This document shows positions 36,310 to 49,551 of a stretch of DNA of 64,000 bases, piece after piece. The stretch is from Basidiobolus meristosporus CBS 931.73 (taxonomy: Eukaryota > Fungi > Basidiobolomycota): assembly GCA_002104905.1 (NCBI GenBank), contig MCFE01000262.1, positions 44,602-108,601 on the forward strand. Direction: 5' to 3'. Position numbers and translations under genes: made by a program. The notes below the pieces were generated by a model. It had not been told where the DNA came from, made no database searches, and worked only from the letters and a program-made list of their open reading frames with translations. The first letter of the stretch is position 1. Each line of letters begins with the position of its first letter.

Positions 36310-39300
36310 TCAATTCACTATGGTGGATAGGTGATTCACCTCGGGTATCTGCGGTACTGGTGGGGACTCGTTACCATTCATTTCCTGCAGCATCTGCAAC
36401 GCCCGGGATGAGATGGAGTTGCGTTGCTGTGTCTTGCGACGGTCTCGCAGACGGGCAGCGGCATCATCCCGGCTACGTATCTTCCTTGTGGCCTCGACAC
36501 TGTTACCTTTACGAAGATTCTCCAACAGGTTGTCCATGACCCCTTTCTCGTCGTCGACAGGCCCCGGACTCTCAACCTCAGCGGTCTCCTTCTTCTGAGC
36601 CTTAAGCGCCTCCCTCTCCTCGTCCCTCTTCTTCCGCTTGGCCATCTGCGCTTGTTTGTCCCGCAGGGAGGCGTTGTCTTTGGAGGCTTTGGCGAACAAT
36701 GTGATGAAACTCTTGAAAACACCAAAGAATTCCTCGGGTGCGGTGCTCTTGGGATCCTCACCGTAGAGCGTGACAATCTCTTGGTACGCGACCTCCATGG
36801 CCTTGAACTTGACGTCCATGTTGCTGAAATCCTCCTGGGCGTGGACCATGAACTCCTTCATGATCACCGCGAAAGGATCTTCGGCTTTCTCCGCGCTCGA
36901 GTGATGTTTCTCCAGCTCGGTGGCAACATCGCGCAGCTTCGAGTGAAGGTCCTGGAGCTCTATCTTCATCTCCTGGAAGGAAATCCGGCATGCCCCGCCG
37001 ATATCCTTCAGCTCCTCTTGGAATTGGGTGATCTCGGGGAATTTCGACTCGATGAGGTTCACCAGGAAGTGGAGAAGGGTGGTCTCGTTCTCTTTGTCTT
37101 TCGTGTCGATCAACTTGTTGATGCTGTTGATTTTGAAGCCATACGCGCCGCCGCGGAAGCCGGTTCCGTTCATGTAGTTGCCCATCACCAAGATTAGCTC
37201 CAGCAGCTTGGGGAGCGAGGGACTGGACTTCACGGCCAGTGAGGCATCGAAGACCGCCGTCAGATCGTTGTTTAGATCCTGGAACCGTTCGGGGAACGTG
37301 TACTTCAGGTACATCGCTTTGAGGCGTTGCTCGTATCGGTCGATCTTCAGCATCTCCACAAAGAAACGGTCCGGGTTGGCGAGGTTCTCGGTGTTTTCCC
37401 GGTACTCGGCCAGAAGAGCCTTCTCCTCGGCAGTGGGGATGAAGGAAAGAAGCTGTTTCAGCAGGTGCTCGGTCATGATTGACTCGTTCATTCCCAGGAT
37501 GGCTAGTCGGATCTCCTCGAACGTGTGTTGCTTTATGCGGGCCAACATGATGTTCATGTTGTAGGCTCGCTTGGGGCTTAGCACCGAGATCTCCTTTGGC
37601 TCCTCTTCCAGAACCGGTGCTTTCACCTTGACCTCTATGACCCTGGCTGGAAACAGATCCTCGATTTCTTCGAACACCCCGTTTTCTTCAAACACTTGGC
37701 CTAGATGGTCCTCCTGAGTAATGAGCTCAGGCTGGCGATACCCCCAAACAGTTTTAGCCACCGAGTGATCCGCGAGCTTGTCCCATTGAAGTTGTTTGAG
37801 TTTGTTCTTTGAAATCCATTTGACTTGCTTGCGACGGCGACCTCCCAATAGCGGTCCTGACCTGGGCGCACCTGGAGGGGGCGGGGGAGGTGCGGATAAT
37901 CCAGGAGGAGGTGGCGGGGGCATTGGTGGGCCTGCACCGGGAGGGCCGGGTGGAGGTGGTGGTGGAGCGGACAATCCTGGGGGAGGTGGGGGTGGAGCCG
38001 GTGGACGCGCCGGTGGACCAGGTGGTGGTGGAGGCGGTGCTGGCGCTGAGCCGGCTCCTGGAGTCAACGAAGGTGGTGGTGGTGGTGGTGGTGGGATGGC
38101 ACTTGAACCTACTGGTGGGGTGGGGTGGAGGTGGAGGTGGAGATGTAGCTTCACTCTTTATGTCCGTTGATGACAAGGAGTGTCCACCGAATCTAATCGG
38201 CGACTCTTTCTCTCTTAATATGAATTCATCTTTGCTAAGCTCGGCAGCAAGCAAGGACTGGTCAAACGAGCTCGCGTTGAAAAGCTCTGTCTCCGGAGAG
38301 ACATAGATCCCGCCTGGTCGATGGCCTTTCTTATCTACTGAAATGAAAAAAAGTCAGGAAGGTGTCGGCATGATAGAGACTCCGAAAACCCCTAATTACC
38401 TCCGAGATCGTCCGTCTTTAGGTTAAGCGCATAAGGCTCAGCAATGGTGCGTTTGAGCTCCTCCAACCTCTTCTTGGTTTGGATCATCTGGTCACTCACA
38501 GCGGAATGCTCCTCCTTGAGCCTTCTGATCTCCAGCTGCAGCCTTGATTCATCAATCTTGAATTGCTTGAAAGCAACCGGATCCAGGGAACTCAAGATAT
38601 TCTCGAACCCAGCCCCGCCCTTCAATGCCTTGTTTTCCAGCAGGAGGTAGTCACTCAACTCCATTAGAGAGGCTTTGTCGCCTACGCTCTTCTTGACCGC
38701 TTGGTATAGCTTCTTAAGCTCCCGCCCTTGCTGCGACAGCTTGGAGTGGTACTGCTCGCGTAGGGTCTGGACTTGCTCTTGCAGCGCCTCGATGGTGTGC
38801 CGAGACATCCGGAGCAGATCCTCAAGAGAGGTGATTTTGACTTTGAGCTTTCCCACAAGCCCGTCCGCTCTCATCGCTAGCTCGGACTCAAGCTCGCTTT
38901 GGCGGCGAGTAGCAGCCTCGGCGATATCCTTGGCCTCCTTAGCGGCGTCCAGGGCCTCCTGCAGTTGATTCCCGTCGGCCAGCTTGGACACGAGCGACCC
39001 AATAGACACACCGTAGCTGGCCGAGAAATCCTGGTCCAGCCCTCGTCTGTCGAGCACTATCTGAGTGACAAGGGTATCGATGAGTTGGAAGCACTTGTTC
39101 TTCATGCTGTCCCCATCGCCCTCGTTTCTGACCATCAACAGATGTTGCAGGATCGACAAAAGGAAATCCCTGGCTTTGGAATCCTCCACCGAGTTCATCA
39201 ACGCCTCAAATACATCGCGCGGATCGTTTAGATCCTGAAGCATTTGATGGTTGTACACCTCGGAGAGCTCCAGATAGTCCTGATCACTCAGCTGGTCGAA

Positions 39301-40916
39301 CAGCTGGACATGGCGGAGAATCAGCTCGTCGTTGAAGCCCACCACCTTCTTGATGATGCGGTCCAAGCCGGCTGCGTTCATTTGGTTTCGGATGTGGGTT
39401 CTCATCTCAAGATCCTCGTACCCGCTGATCAGACCATTCACCAGCATGAGGTTGGTTATCTATATGCGACAGAAAGAGTGCTCGTCAAACACAAGGCGGC
39501 TGCATTCAGAGCTGACCAAGCATACGTACCACATACTCCACTAGCTCGCTTTCCCTGCCAGCAGTCTTCTTTATCTCTTCGCTAGCCCCAACCAACGACC
39601 CTAATATGCCTCTTCCGTCTATGGTGTTCTCGAGGGATTTCATCCAGGCCTCAAATCGCAAGTGGTGGTTCCTGGCCCGCATGACTTGGTCCAGCCCTTT
39701 CAGTATGTAGTCGCAGCCACGGGATTCGAAGTAGCATATGAACGTGAGGAACTCCGCGACCAGCTTCCTGGTGGGCAGGAAGGCCGAATCTAGGGAGTAC
39801 GTGATGTTGATGATCACTTTCGGCTGCTCCAGCGCTTCCTGGGCTCCCCACTACGTGAAAAACAGAGACGTCAGCATCGCACCACGCCTCCAATACCGAC
39901 GAGAAAGAGTACCTTGGTGTTCAGGATCGACTTGAGGCATTTGATGATTTCGAACTCGGCTTGGAGATCATTGTCTTTTCTAGATGTGGGGCTGGTTTAG
40001 ACATCCCGCCCGCAGGGATGCAGTGTGAAGTGTGGAGCCACCTACTTGTTGGATTTTCGGCCCAGAGAAATCAATGCATCCGCCAGTAGCTTCAACCCGT
40101 TCAGTTCGAGAAAATGGTGGACCCAACTGGTGGAAAATCAACCGAGTGTTATTGGCGCTGAATCGATCCGAGTCTGTTTGAGCATACGCTACCTGATCGG
40201 CTGCGTGGCCAGAGAGACACGCAATGACACAAACAGTTTGAGTGGGATGTATCGGATTTCGGTCTGGGAGATCTTTTGAACATAATACTCCGGGGTGGAG
40301 CGGTCGAGTTTGCCGTCGTTGCGGCTCCGGTTTTTCACCTTTGTAATAAGCACATACGTGAGTATTGACCTTTGTTTAGTATGGGAGTTCAACAGGTGGA
40401 TACACTACATCCTCAAACTCTCTCTGCTTTTGGGACACGATGATCATCCATTTGGTGTCCGTCGGCAGCTTGCGCATTGCCTCACGTTTGCTTTCATCAA
40501 GATCCATCGAATCCTAGCACGGCGCAGAAACAGGTTAACCATCTGGAGTGGGCGCCGCGGCCCATCAACAAGCTTACCATCAGTTTCTCCAGAGATTCAT
40601 TCAAGTGATCTTCGCTTTTTACATGCTCGATACTGGACACCGTGGAGGCCATGGAGTCTCTATGCCCATTGCTTGAGCCCCCGGAGCCTGATGAGGCAGT
40701 CGAGGATAGAGAATATGTGGCAGGAGATCTTTTAAACGAGCCGAAAGGAGACTGGCTCGAGGGATGGTTTGAATTACCTGAACTATGGCTAAACGTACTA
40801 GCCCGGGTGGGAGAGCTGGGGGAGGAGTAATACGATACAATATCGGTGTTATCGATTGGGGAAGTTATCTCTAGATTCGGACTATGCTTGTTCTTTTTCT
40901 TCCTAAACAAGTCCAT
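36310..40916 (-). CDS. Diaphanous-related formin (GBD/FH3-FH1-FH2-DAD), multi-exon
   Basis: GBD/FH3 segments (KLFVSLRVSLATQPIRW, LPTRKLVAEFL, RFEAWMKSLE), poly-Pro FH1, FH2 (KLKQLQWDKL, RAYNMNIML, GNYMN...GFKINSINKL), DAD GVMDNLLENLR. Confidence 0.93.
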
Positions 40917-42092
40917 GATTACGTAGCTTCAAGGTAGTGCTTGCGGAAAGAGCTTCGGCTTGCGATATCACAGCCCGTCGTTGAAGGAAAATATAGGGAA
41001 TATCAGAGACCACACCTCCAAGTATTCGACCGAAAAGAAAGAGCAAAAGAAGAATAAACCAAACTTCACGTTATACACTGATGCTTAAGCAGACTTTTAC
41101 CGCCAGAACAAAACCAAAGAAGAAATATAACCAGGGATACAGCCACTGTGGGGTGTCCTTTTAATAAATGAATAGCAAAGGAGTATTGTATCGCCAGCAC
41201 CGAAGGGAGAATTAAAAAGAGCCAGCATACACGGCCAGACTTGAGGGCTCAGCTGGATCCTATAAAGAGGCTCGAAAAGGAAATCCAGGTAAATTTTCAA
41301 CCTGATTCCCGATAACTTAAATTATTGGGTTTACTATATATGTATCACTAATATTCTCTACATATGATTTCGGTCACATCGCTTTGGATCCAGGCAAACA
41401 CTACATTCGCTGGGAGAGCTCGGATCCTCAGCCTTGCCGGCTCTGATTGGCCTATTCCTCGAAAGGAAGAGGATCCCGCAGTACAATGATCAAACCACCG
41501 CCCTAACCTCCCCTGAGCTGCAAGTGGTTTTCGGAAGATACACATCAGATGGGTGTGGAGTGCGGGGTGCGGGGTGTGGAGTGCGCGTGTGGAGATGAGA
41601 AACAAATGTCATAGGACCCACCGTATTGCGACCACTGGCTGTGGGGGCGTGAAAGGGCAGCATACATCAGCACGATCTCAAGCATAAAGGTAGTCGGGTT
41701 GCTGGAGCCATTCCACTGGACAGGCAAGTGCGCTAGTCTAGGAAGGCTGACCGATAATCGAGCGAATCCATACGAGTTGGTGTGAGCTGCCGATATCCCA
41801 GCCCGTTTGCTTCTTCTTAAGGCAAATACGTATGCAAACAAACGAATAGATGCTTGGAGATATACACAATATTATGTGTAGTATTTATTACTACGGCCAT
41901 GTTCGGCACGAATACCCAGGTGGCAAAATTAGAGTTACGATACAACTTCCAGAGTGAATAAGTACATTACATTTTTTCAGCAAACTAGATTTACACGAGC
42001 AAAATTAGTCATGTAACGGGGAAAACAGGCGCAAGGTTCGTGGTGACTTCATTTATCTTTAGCGTATACAAACATAGCAAGCATTGCGTCCA

Positions 42093-42897
42093 CTACTGCT
42101 GTGAAGAGTCATGGGTTGAGGGTGGTTGTGCCGTCGAGGTTTGCTGCGGGTGTGGCTTATTACTTTGCTGTTGGGCAGCTAGCTTTTGGGCGACCAAACG
42201 ATCACGAAGCTGTAGTACGTCGATGACGCGAATTACCTCGTTGAAATTGCGTCCACAGGATGTTGGATAGGTTAGGCTCATACGGATTTTCTTCTGGGGG
42301 TCGATGACGAAGATAGTACGCAGATTGTATTGATTGTTTACAATATTCTCATTGAAGGAGTTCGGATCCAGAAGGTCTAGCATATCGTATAGCAGAGATA
42401 TTTTTCTATCAGGGTCAGCAATCTACGAGTTTCTCCTCGTTAGTATGGTTTCCTCAAGAAGCAAAATAGAAAGAGCCTACTATTGGAAATTGCACTCTAA
42501 CTTCGTGAAGCTGTGCGATATCATCTAGCCATGCATCATGGTCTTCCACGACGTCGGTGCTAATCCCGATGACTTTGCAATTCCTCTTCTCGAATTCTGG
42601 ATATAAATGAGCCACCGCGGCTATTTCAGTAGTGCAGACGGGTGCTACACGAGAAGAGCTTGTTGAGCTAACAAGTATTGCCACATCAAAGAAAACGACT
42701 CACTGAAATCGGCTGGGTGAGAAAACATAAAAGCCCAAGAGTCGCCAATCCATTGGTGGAAATCCACTTCTCCCTGGGTGGTGGAGGCAACAAAATCTGG
42801 AATGAAAACCCTGGAGTTAGGTACGGTCACATATTTAATACAGTTGACGAGTATGTATCCTACTAGGGGCTATATCACCAAGTCTGAGATGTACCAT
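42093..42897 (-). CDS. 1-Cys peroxiredoxin (Prx6 subfamily) with atypical C-terminus, 4 exons
   Basis: Spliced MVHLRLGDIAPNF, FSHPADFTPVCTTE, FPIIADPDR, RTIFVIDPQKKIR, YPTSCGRNFNEVIRVID. Confidence 0.9.
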
Positions 42898-43668
42898 TCA
42901 CGAAATACCCCAAGAATAAAGCAGTAGAAAAAGGAAAATTACCCAAACAACTACAGAACTCAGTTTTTATCAACTTTAATCATAGATCAAATTGGCAAAC
43001 GTGGTCAGAAAATACTAAATCTGGAGACGGTAGCATTCACAAAAATCTGCCCCAGTGATGAAATAAATCTCACGGTGATTTTTCAATCCCACAATCCGAA
43101 GTCCTCAGAGGAGTAAACAAAAGCAAGTGGTCATTACGTGAGTAAATCATCAAGTTTACTACACTCTGTGGCCTTTCTTCAATACAATGTTAGGACTCAA
43201 TTTTTCGGTAAACAAGAGTATTACGGACAGTTACTCACCGTCAAACTCATTGTGGGTTTGATGGTCTATATCTGCTCCAACACCCATAAATATATTTTTG
43301 TATGCAAAATCATCAAATACTCATGAATAGCCAGTTCGAACATGAAAATGGCTATCTACGTTCAAATATTACGCCGGCTACTGTGTGTTGAACAGAGGTG
43401 GTGGTCACGTCATCTCTGAGGAACCACGCCCCGTTACTCCTCTATACAACGTCAAGGCCTGTCAGTGAATGATTGTGAAATTCAAGTGCAAGCAGGATTC
43501 ACGTTAATTATTTCCTGTTTTCCTTCATTTATCATTTGCCTTTGGAATTAATAGTTCCTGGGCAACGTTACAAATACGATCAGACAAGGCAAGATTAACA
43601 TCTGCAATAAATTGATTTATTAACAAGTTTCGTGGTAGTAGTGCCATACCACATTTTAAAAAACTAAT

Positions 43669-46270
43669 TTATAATTTATCAAGGAAACGGTCAAGAGGAG
43701 GAATTTCTTCGGCAAGACCCTTTCTCTTACGGATGTTCTTAACGATTTCGGCAACCTTGGAGCCGGCCTCGATAGGAGATCCGTTCATCAATTGCCAGTG
43801 ATCGAAGACGCATTGAGGGAAGGCTTGACCACCAGTGTTGGAACGGAGATCGGCAGTGAAACCGAAGGATTCACTGACAGGCAAGTAGGCCTTGACGTTG
43901 TAGAGAGGAGTACCGGGGCGTTGTTCCTCAGAGATGACGTGACCACGACGTCTGTTCAACACACCGTAGATACCACCCATGGCGTTCTCAGGGCATTGGA
44001 TTTCAACAAGGTAGACAGGCTCGAAGAGACCAGGCTCAGCAACCAAAGCGGAAGCGTAGATGGCACGACGGCAGGTAGGAATGATTTGACCTCCACCACG
44101 ATGGATAGCATCAGCGTGAAGAACAACATCCATGATGTTGAAGCGGCAACCACGCATTTGTTCCTCAGCGCAGACACCCTCCTTGGTGGCCCATTGGAAG
44201 GCAGCAACGCAAGAATCCTTGATTTCGTTGAGGTATTGGACACCCTTGGTGACATCAACCAAAAGATTGGGTCCGTTGGTATCGGGACCGAAGCACCAGA
44301 TCTTACGGGCATCGGTGACATCCCACTCGTATTCCTCAGCGAGGACACGGGCACGGGCCTTGAAATCATCACGAGGAGTGATCTTACCCTCATCGATATC
44401 GTTGGAAAGCTCCTCTTGGAGAGGGAAGGCCTTCATGAAGATACGGTTGTGCTTGTTGGGGGACTTGGAAAGGGCAACAACGGAGGACTCGGTTTGGACG
44501 GTTTCCTTGTAGGGAACAACTGGGTCACCAGTCTTGATGGGGACTTGAGCGTGATCTTCTTCAAGATCCTTCAAGCAAATTTCCAAGTGAAGTTCACCAG
44601 CACCGGCAACAATGTGTTCACCAGATTCGGAGGTGTAGCATTGGACGCAAGGATCGGACTTGGAGAGACGCTTCAAACCTTCAACAAGCTTGGGAAGATC
44701 GTTGGCGTTCTTGACTTCGACGGCAACTTGCACGACAGGGGAGACGGAGAACTTCATGACCTTGAGGTTGTGGGCGTTCTCGTCGGTGGTGATGGTACCA
44801 GACTTGAGCAAGAATTGATCGACACCAACAAGACCAACAATGTTACCAGCAGGGCAGTCCTCAATGGGTTCGACATAACGGCCCATCATGAGAATAGTAC
44901 GTTGGATGTTCTTGATGAACAAGTCATCCTTCTTTCCGGGCTCGTAGTTAGGACCTTGGATACGGACCTTAAGACCAGAGCGAACGGTACCAGAGAAGAC
45001 ACGACCGAAAGCATAGAAACGTCCCTTATCGGAGGTAGGAACCATCTTGGAGACGTACAACATAAGAGGACCCTTAGGATCGCAGTTACGGATACCCTCA
45101 GCGCAGTGGTCGTCTTGGGGACCTTCGTACAAGAACTCAGCTCTGTACTTCTGGGCAGTGACGGGGGAAGGCAAGTGGATGACAATCATCTCCAACAAAG
45201 CGTCGGCAGCGGGCAAGAACTTGCGCATGACAACCTTGAGGAGGGCCTTTCCTTCCAAATCCTTCTCATCGGACTTGAGGGGAACATCCAACTTCTCCAA
45301 CATGGTAAGGGTTTGCTCCTTCTTGAAGTTCATGATAGAATCGAAGAGCTTGAAGATAGGATCCAAGACGAACATGCAGAAAGCACGCTCGAGGGGCTTG
45401 CCGTTGGCATCAGTGGATTGGTTGGTCCACTTACGGGTGGCAGGGTTGAAGTAGTTCTCACCCCAGAGTTTGCCCATCATCTTGTCCTTGTCAACACCGA
45501 ACTTCTTGGCGTAACGGTGAGCGAATTGTCTCAAGGTGAAACCCCATCCGTGAAGACCGGAACCGAAGGCAACGGTACCGCGCTCGGGGTAAACTTGGAC
45601 ATCACCGAGGATGGGGTCGAAGTAGGTGGAGATGATAACGTTGACGGACTCAATGGTACGGAGGAAAGAAGTGTACAAGTCCTCCTTGGACAATTGCAAT
45701 TCGAGAAGGGCACGATCAACCTTGTTAATGATGATAACAGGCTTGATACGCTCAGTAAGGGCTTGACGCAACACAGTCTCAGTTTGGACGGAAACACCGG
45801 AAACACAGTCAACGACGACCAAAGCACCATCAGTGACACGGAGAGCGGCAGTGACTTCAGAGGAGAAATCGACGTGACCGGGGGAATCGATCAAGTTAAT
45901 CAAGAACTCGTTGCCGTCAGTCTTTTGCTTGACATCACCAATATCCTCCTTGGGGAGCTCAAAGAACATGGAGATGGCAGTAGACTTGATGGTAATACAA
46001 CGATCTTGTTCATCCTGACGAGTATCAGTGAAACGAGTTTCACCAGCTCTGGCGGAGGAAATAATACCGGCCTTGGAGACAAGGGAATCGGTAAGGGTGG
46101 ACTTTCCGTGATCGACGTGAGCAATTACGGACATGTTACGAATGTTAGTAACCTTGTCCATAAGGCCACGGATTTGGTCTGAAAGAAAAATTGCATGCCT
46201 GTGATTAGTAACGCTGAGGATTGCTAGGGATTCAGCAAAACTCCTACATACCAATAGTGAAGTTAACCAT
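43669..46270 (-). CDS. EFT2: Translation elongation factor 2 (intron 46251-46179)
   Basis: True start MVNFTI|[31 protein letters not shown], and diphthamide loop [15 protein letters not shown]. Confidence 0.98.
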
Positions 46271-47127
46271 TTTGACTTGTTACAGTGGGTGTGGGTGAAT
46301 GGGAGCGATGGAGCCAAAATGTCCAAGGAAGAGAAGTTTGCGCTACTTCAGTTCTCTTATACTACGCGCGCATTCAATCAGATTGCGGTATGATTTTTTT
46401 TTTCAACCAATCCGCGTGGCTTGATAAGAAATTCATAAGCTTTTTTTTATTTTCATTGGTATAGTCGAAATGTATTCTAGGATGATTGTTGGGTCATCCT
46501 CCAATGAGCATCCTTGCTTATTGAACAAGGATGCCCATATACCCTGACCCCATCCAAATAAATGATCTCAAACACACCGTAGTAGGCGTTTACAAATAGA
46601 TCTATTCGGCCGGGGATGATCCACACATTATTAATCAAGCACCAGGTCATGTTTGTTTAAACTCCCTAGCGCCAGCCTCTGCTTAGTCTTGGGTTTATGC
46701 ATGAATGCAGACGCGCAACGCGTACCCCGAGACCCAAAATGGCTTTGATTGCGAGAAAAAAGGATGGCCTGAAAACGTAGCAAGATGGAACATTCGATGT
46801 ATTCTAGATAGTGTTCATTCCATGCGAATCGACCCAGCCCCATACGGCCCTCGAAATTCGCTGATAATCGTAAAAGTGACCTGCGTACAATGCCGTAATG
46901 AAATACATTGTGCATCGCAGGCATGAAGGCTAATGGGAAAATTCATTCACTGCGCTCGTTTGATTGGTTTCCACCCCATCCAACCCTCGTTTCACCGGTA
47001 TATTCTCGGTTGCATGAATTTTTCAATTTACACAAATCCTGTGGCTTTCCAAACAATTTATTATACTACCTGGCTATACAACAATGGCGATTTTAAGCTT
47101 CCCGATATTATGGATCGAGGGTTAGAT

Positions 47128-48607
47128 TTACTTGCTCTTGCTGAGCTTCCGCTGAACTTCCTCCAGCTGTGTTCTGTTTTGTTCCAATTCTGACTGCCAT
47201 ATCTTGATTTGCCCTTCGTGACGTCGCTAGTGACCAAAGTGTCAATAGATGGCATTTGGGGTGGTTGACTTCAACAACTTTACCTTGATAAGGATATTTC
47301 TCGCCGAGAAGAGCTCGCCTCTCTTTTTGTTGATCGAGGATTCTAGCTCCAGCACCTTGTCGGTTAGCAGTTCCTTCTGCTGTAATAGCTCTCTATCTTG
47401 CTCCTCGTTTTCCGACCCACTTTCTTCGTCTTCGTCCTCATCCTCGTCTTCGCTTTCCTCATCTTTCTCTATTTCGTCGCGATCCATATTGATGTCTACC
47501 TCTTCAAGCTCAACCTCTGCAGTCTCCTCCTCCTCTAGTTCCTCTAGTCCTCGATCGATTTCGGCTGCAAGGTCTAGGTCTGAATCGTCCTCTTCGTCTT
47601 GCTCTTGTGGAGCGATCTCCTCCGTTTCGGCATCGCTGCTACCGAAAGTATCATGGCTTGTGAATGGTTCGGGTGTACCGACTTCTGATTCATCTCCATA
47701 TCCGCCGTCATGGAGGTCATGAACCTCTGATGTGTGGAGGCAAACTTCAACAAGAGTAGGGGAGATGTAATGTGTCTCATCTGAATCCTACCGTACTGTA
47801 CATCCTCGGCTTGGGCATCCTCTTGCAGTAACCGCTCAACCTCGCGCTCCACTACCTCAATAGTCTAGAGAAATTGTCACTATCAATAAGCATGTCTAAA
47901 ACTCCTCGCTGGCTCCACTTACTCTTTTCGAGACTCTCTTTCTGAACCTTCGTTTGCGACAATTTTTTAAGGGCCTTGTAAGCCCATCGGCCCAGATGTA
48001 ATCATCCGGGTTGGGATGTCGGTGCCTTGGTTGTTCCACGTCTTTATGAATGCCGTCGACTACCAACATCTGATGTAGTGTGTTAGAGGCAATGGCCGGC
48101 AAAAACTTCGTAACAAGTTCCAAACCTGACACACATCGGCTATTTTGAACATTCTCTTGTTATCCAGCGTTTTCTGAGATTCGGTGATTGTTGGTAGGTC
48201 AACAAGCTTTGTATCAAATACAGTTCCATCAAAGTGAAAGGTTCCTATTCTATTGTCTATCATCAAGCAAAATTTAGTTTGTGTGAAATAAGATGTTGAA
48301 ATAAAGGCTCGGACCAATCGCAGATGCCTTTCTCACCTCTGAACATGAAGCCCGTATCTTCAGGAATATCCCTTTCCTGCACATACTTCCTGAGTTTATC
48401 GGCCACTTCCTTATGATTCACCCGCAATATAAAGTGCTCTTCTATGGCAGCAGCCCTCTCATCGTCTTCATCCTCGTCGACCTCACCTCCTCCAGTTTTT
48501 TGCGCTTCGCGGAATTTAATCTTTATCTTATCTGACCCTTTCCGCCGCGATCCGGGTTCTTGGTGGTCATTTGTGCCTTTGACTCTGGCCTTAACACTTG
48601 TGGACAT
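47128..48607 (-). CDS. TAF7: TFIID subunit TAF7 (TAFII55 N-terminal domain), multi-exon
   Basis: IEEHFILR, AKLVDLP-like KLVDLPTITESQKTLDNKRMFKIADVCQ, GLTRPLKNCRKRRFRKR, acidic linker and coiled-coil C-terminus. Confidence 0.9.
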
Positions 48608-48870
48608 GGTGGAAGGTGCCAAAAGTCCCTGAAAATCAATACAGTTGAGGCTCAAGCTGTGCTATTGATTTAGGGGAGTGAGTAATTTAATCAATTTTAG
48701 GCCAGAAGTTGGATGTTTGGCTAGCCGGAATTTAGTTCATTCTCTAATCGAGCATCACAGATCAGCTGAAAAAATTTCGACACTTCCGTGAAATGATCCA
48801 GCTGGAAAAGTTTGTTGAAAAGTTCGTTGTTACTTCTAACTCCATCGAATTTCCCTTCACCGTTGTTGAT

Positions 48871-49263
48871 ATGATTCAATTGAAGAGCGTCATTAATGTC
48901 ATTGATAACTCTGGCGCCACTTTGGTAGAGTGCATCAAGGTGCTTAAGGGTGCCAAGGTTGGTCATATTGGTGACGAAATTGTGGTTGCTGTTAAGAAGG
49001 CCAGACCTATCACTCAAGGCTTCCAAGGCACCAACGTTGCTGCCAAAATTAAGAAGGGTGATGTCCGCCATGCTTTAATTGTTCGTACCAAGAAAGAAAC
49101 CCGCAGACCAGACGGCCGTTACATTCGTTTTGACGACAATGCCTGCATCCTTTTGAACAACAACAAGCAACCCCTCGGCACTAGAGTGTTGGGACTTGTG
49201 GCCGGCGAACTCCGTCAAAAGCAATGGATGAAGCTTATCTCTTTGGCGCCCAAGGTTATCTAA
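48871..49263 (+). CDS. MRPL38: Mitochondrial ribosomal protein uL14m (yeast MrpL38-like)
   Basis: MIQLKSVINVIDNSGA, GDEIVVAVKKARP, ALIVRTKK...DGRYIRFDDNACILL, GTRVLG. Confidence 0.93.
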   Translation: MIQLKSVINVIDNSGATLVECIKVLKGAKVGHIGDEIVVAVKKARPITQGFQGTNVAAKIKKGDVRHALIVRTKKETRRPDGRYIRFDDNACILLNNNKQPLGTRVLGLVAGELRQKQWMKLISLAPKVI

Positions 49264-49551
49264 ACATACACAACTCCACACTTTTATGCTTCGTGATTTT
49301 GTTGTACCGCTTCGCAAGGAGTTGTCTGGAAAATCATGGCTCTTTCATTCCTAGAAATTATTTCAACCCCGCATATATTCTCTTTGACTCATTCACAATA
49401 AATTGCTGCTGCATCTCGTTGTTGGCCAAATTCCATTTCAAAATGATTAGTTTAAGCAATTAATGTGGTAAATCTTCATGAAAAAAAGAAAAAATTCCAG
49501 CTATTAATTTGCACCCGACATGGAGACATTTGGCTACCACTACTATCTAAC

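Noticed and set aside
42866-42873. GGGGCTAT as another copy of the promoter motif
   Set aside because: It lies in coding exon 1 of the peroxiredoxin (ATA GCC CCT).
43105-43152. Possible C/D snoRNA (TGATGA...CTGA on the minus strand)
   Set aside because: Only 48 nt between the boxes, no convincing terminal stem and no identified target.
43792-46182. 796-aa antisense ORF over eEF2 (also antisense ORFs over ACADSB, eL20, formin and Med13)
   Set aside because: Typical shadow of strong codon bias in highly expressed or GC-rich genes. No recognisable domain.
48793-48885. In-frame upstream MIQL start 78 nt before the uL14m MIQL start
   Set aside because: Homology starts at 48871. The extension is unremarkable and cannot be separated from chance without TSS data.
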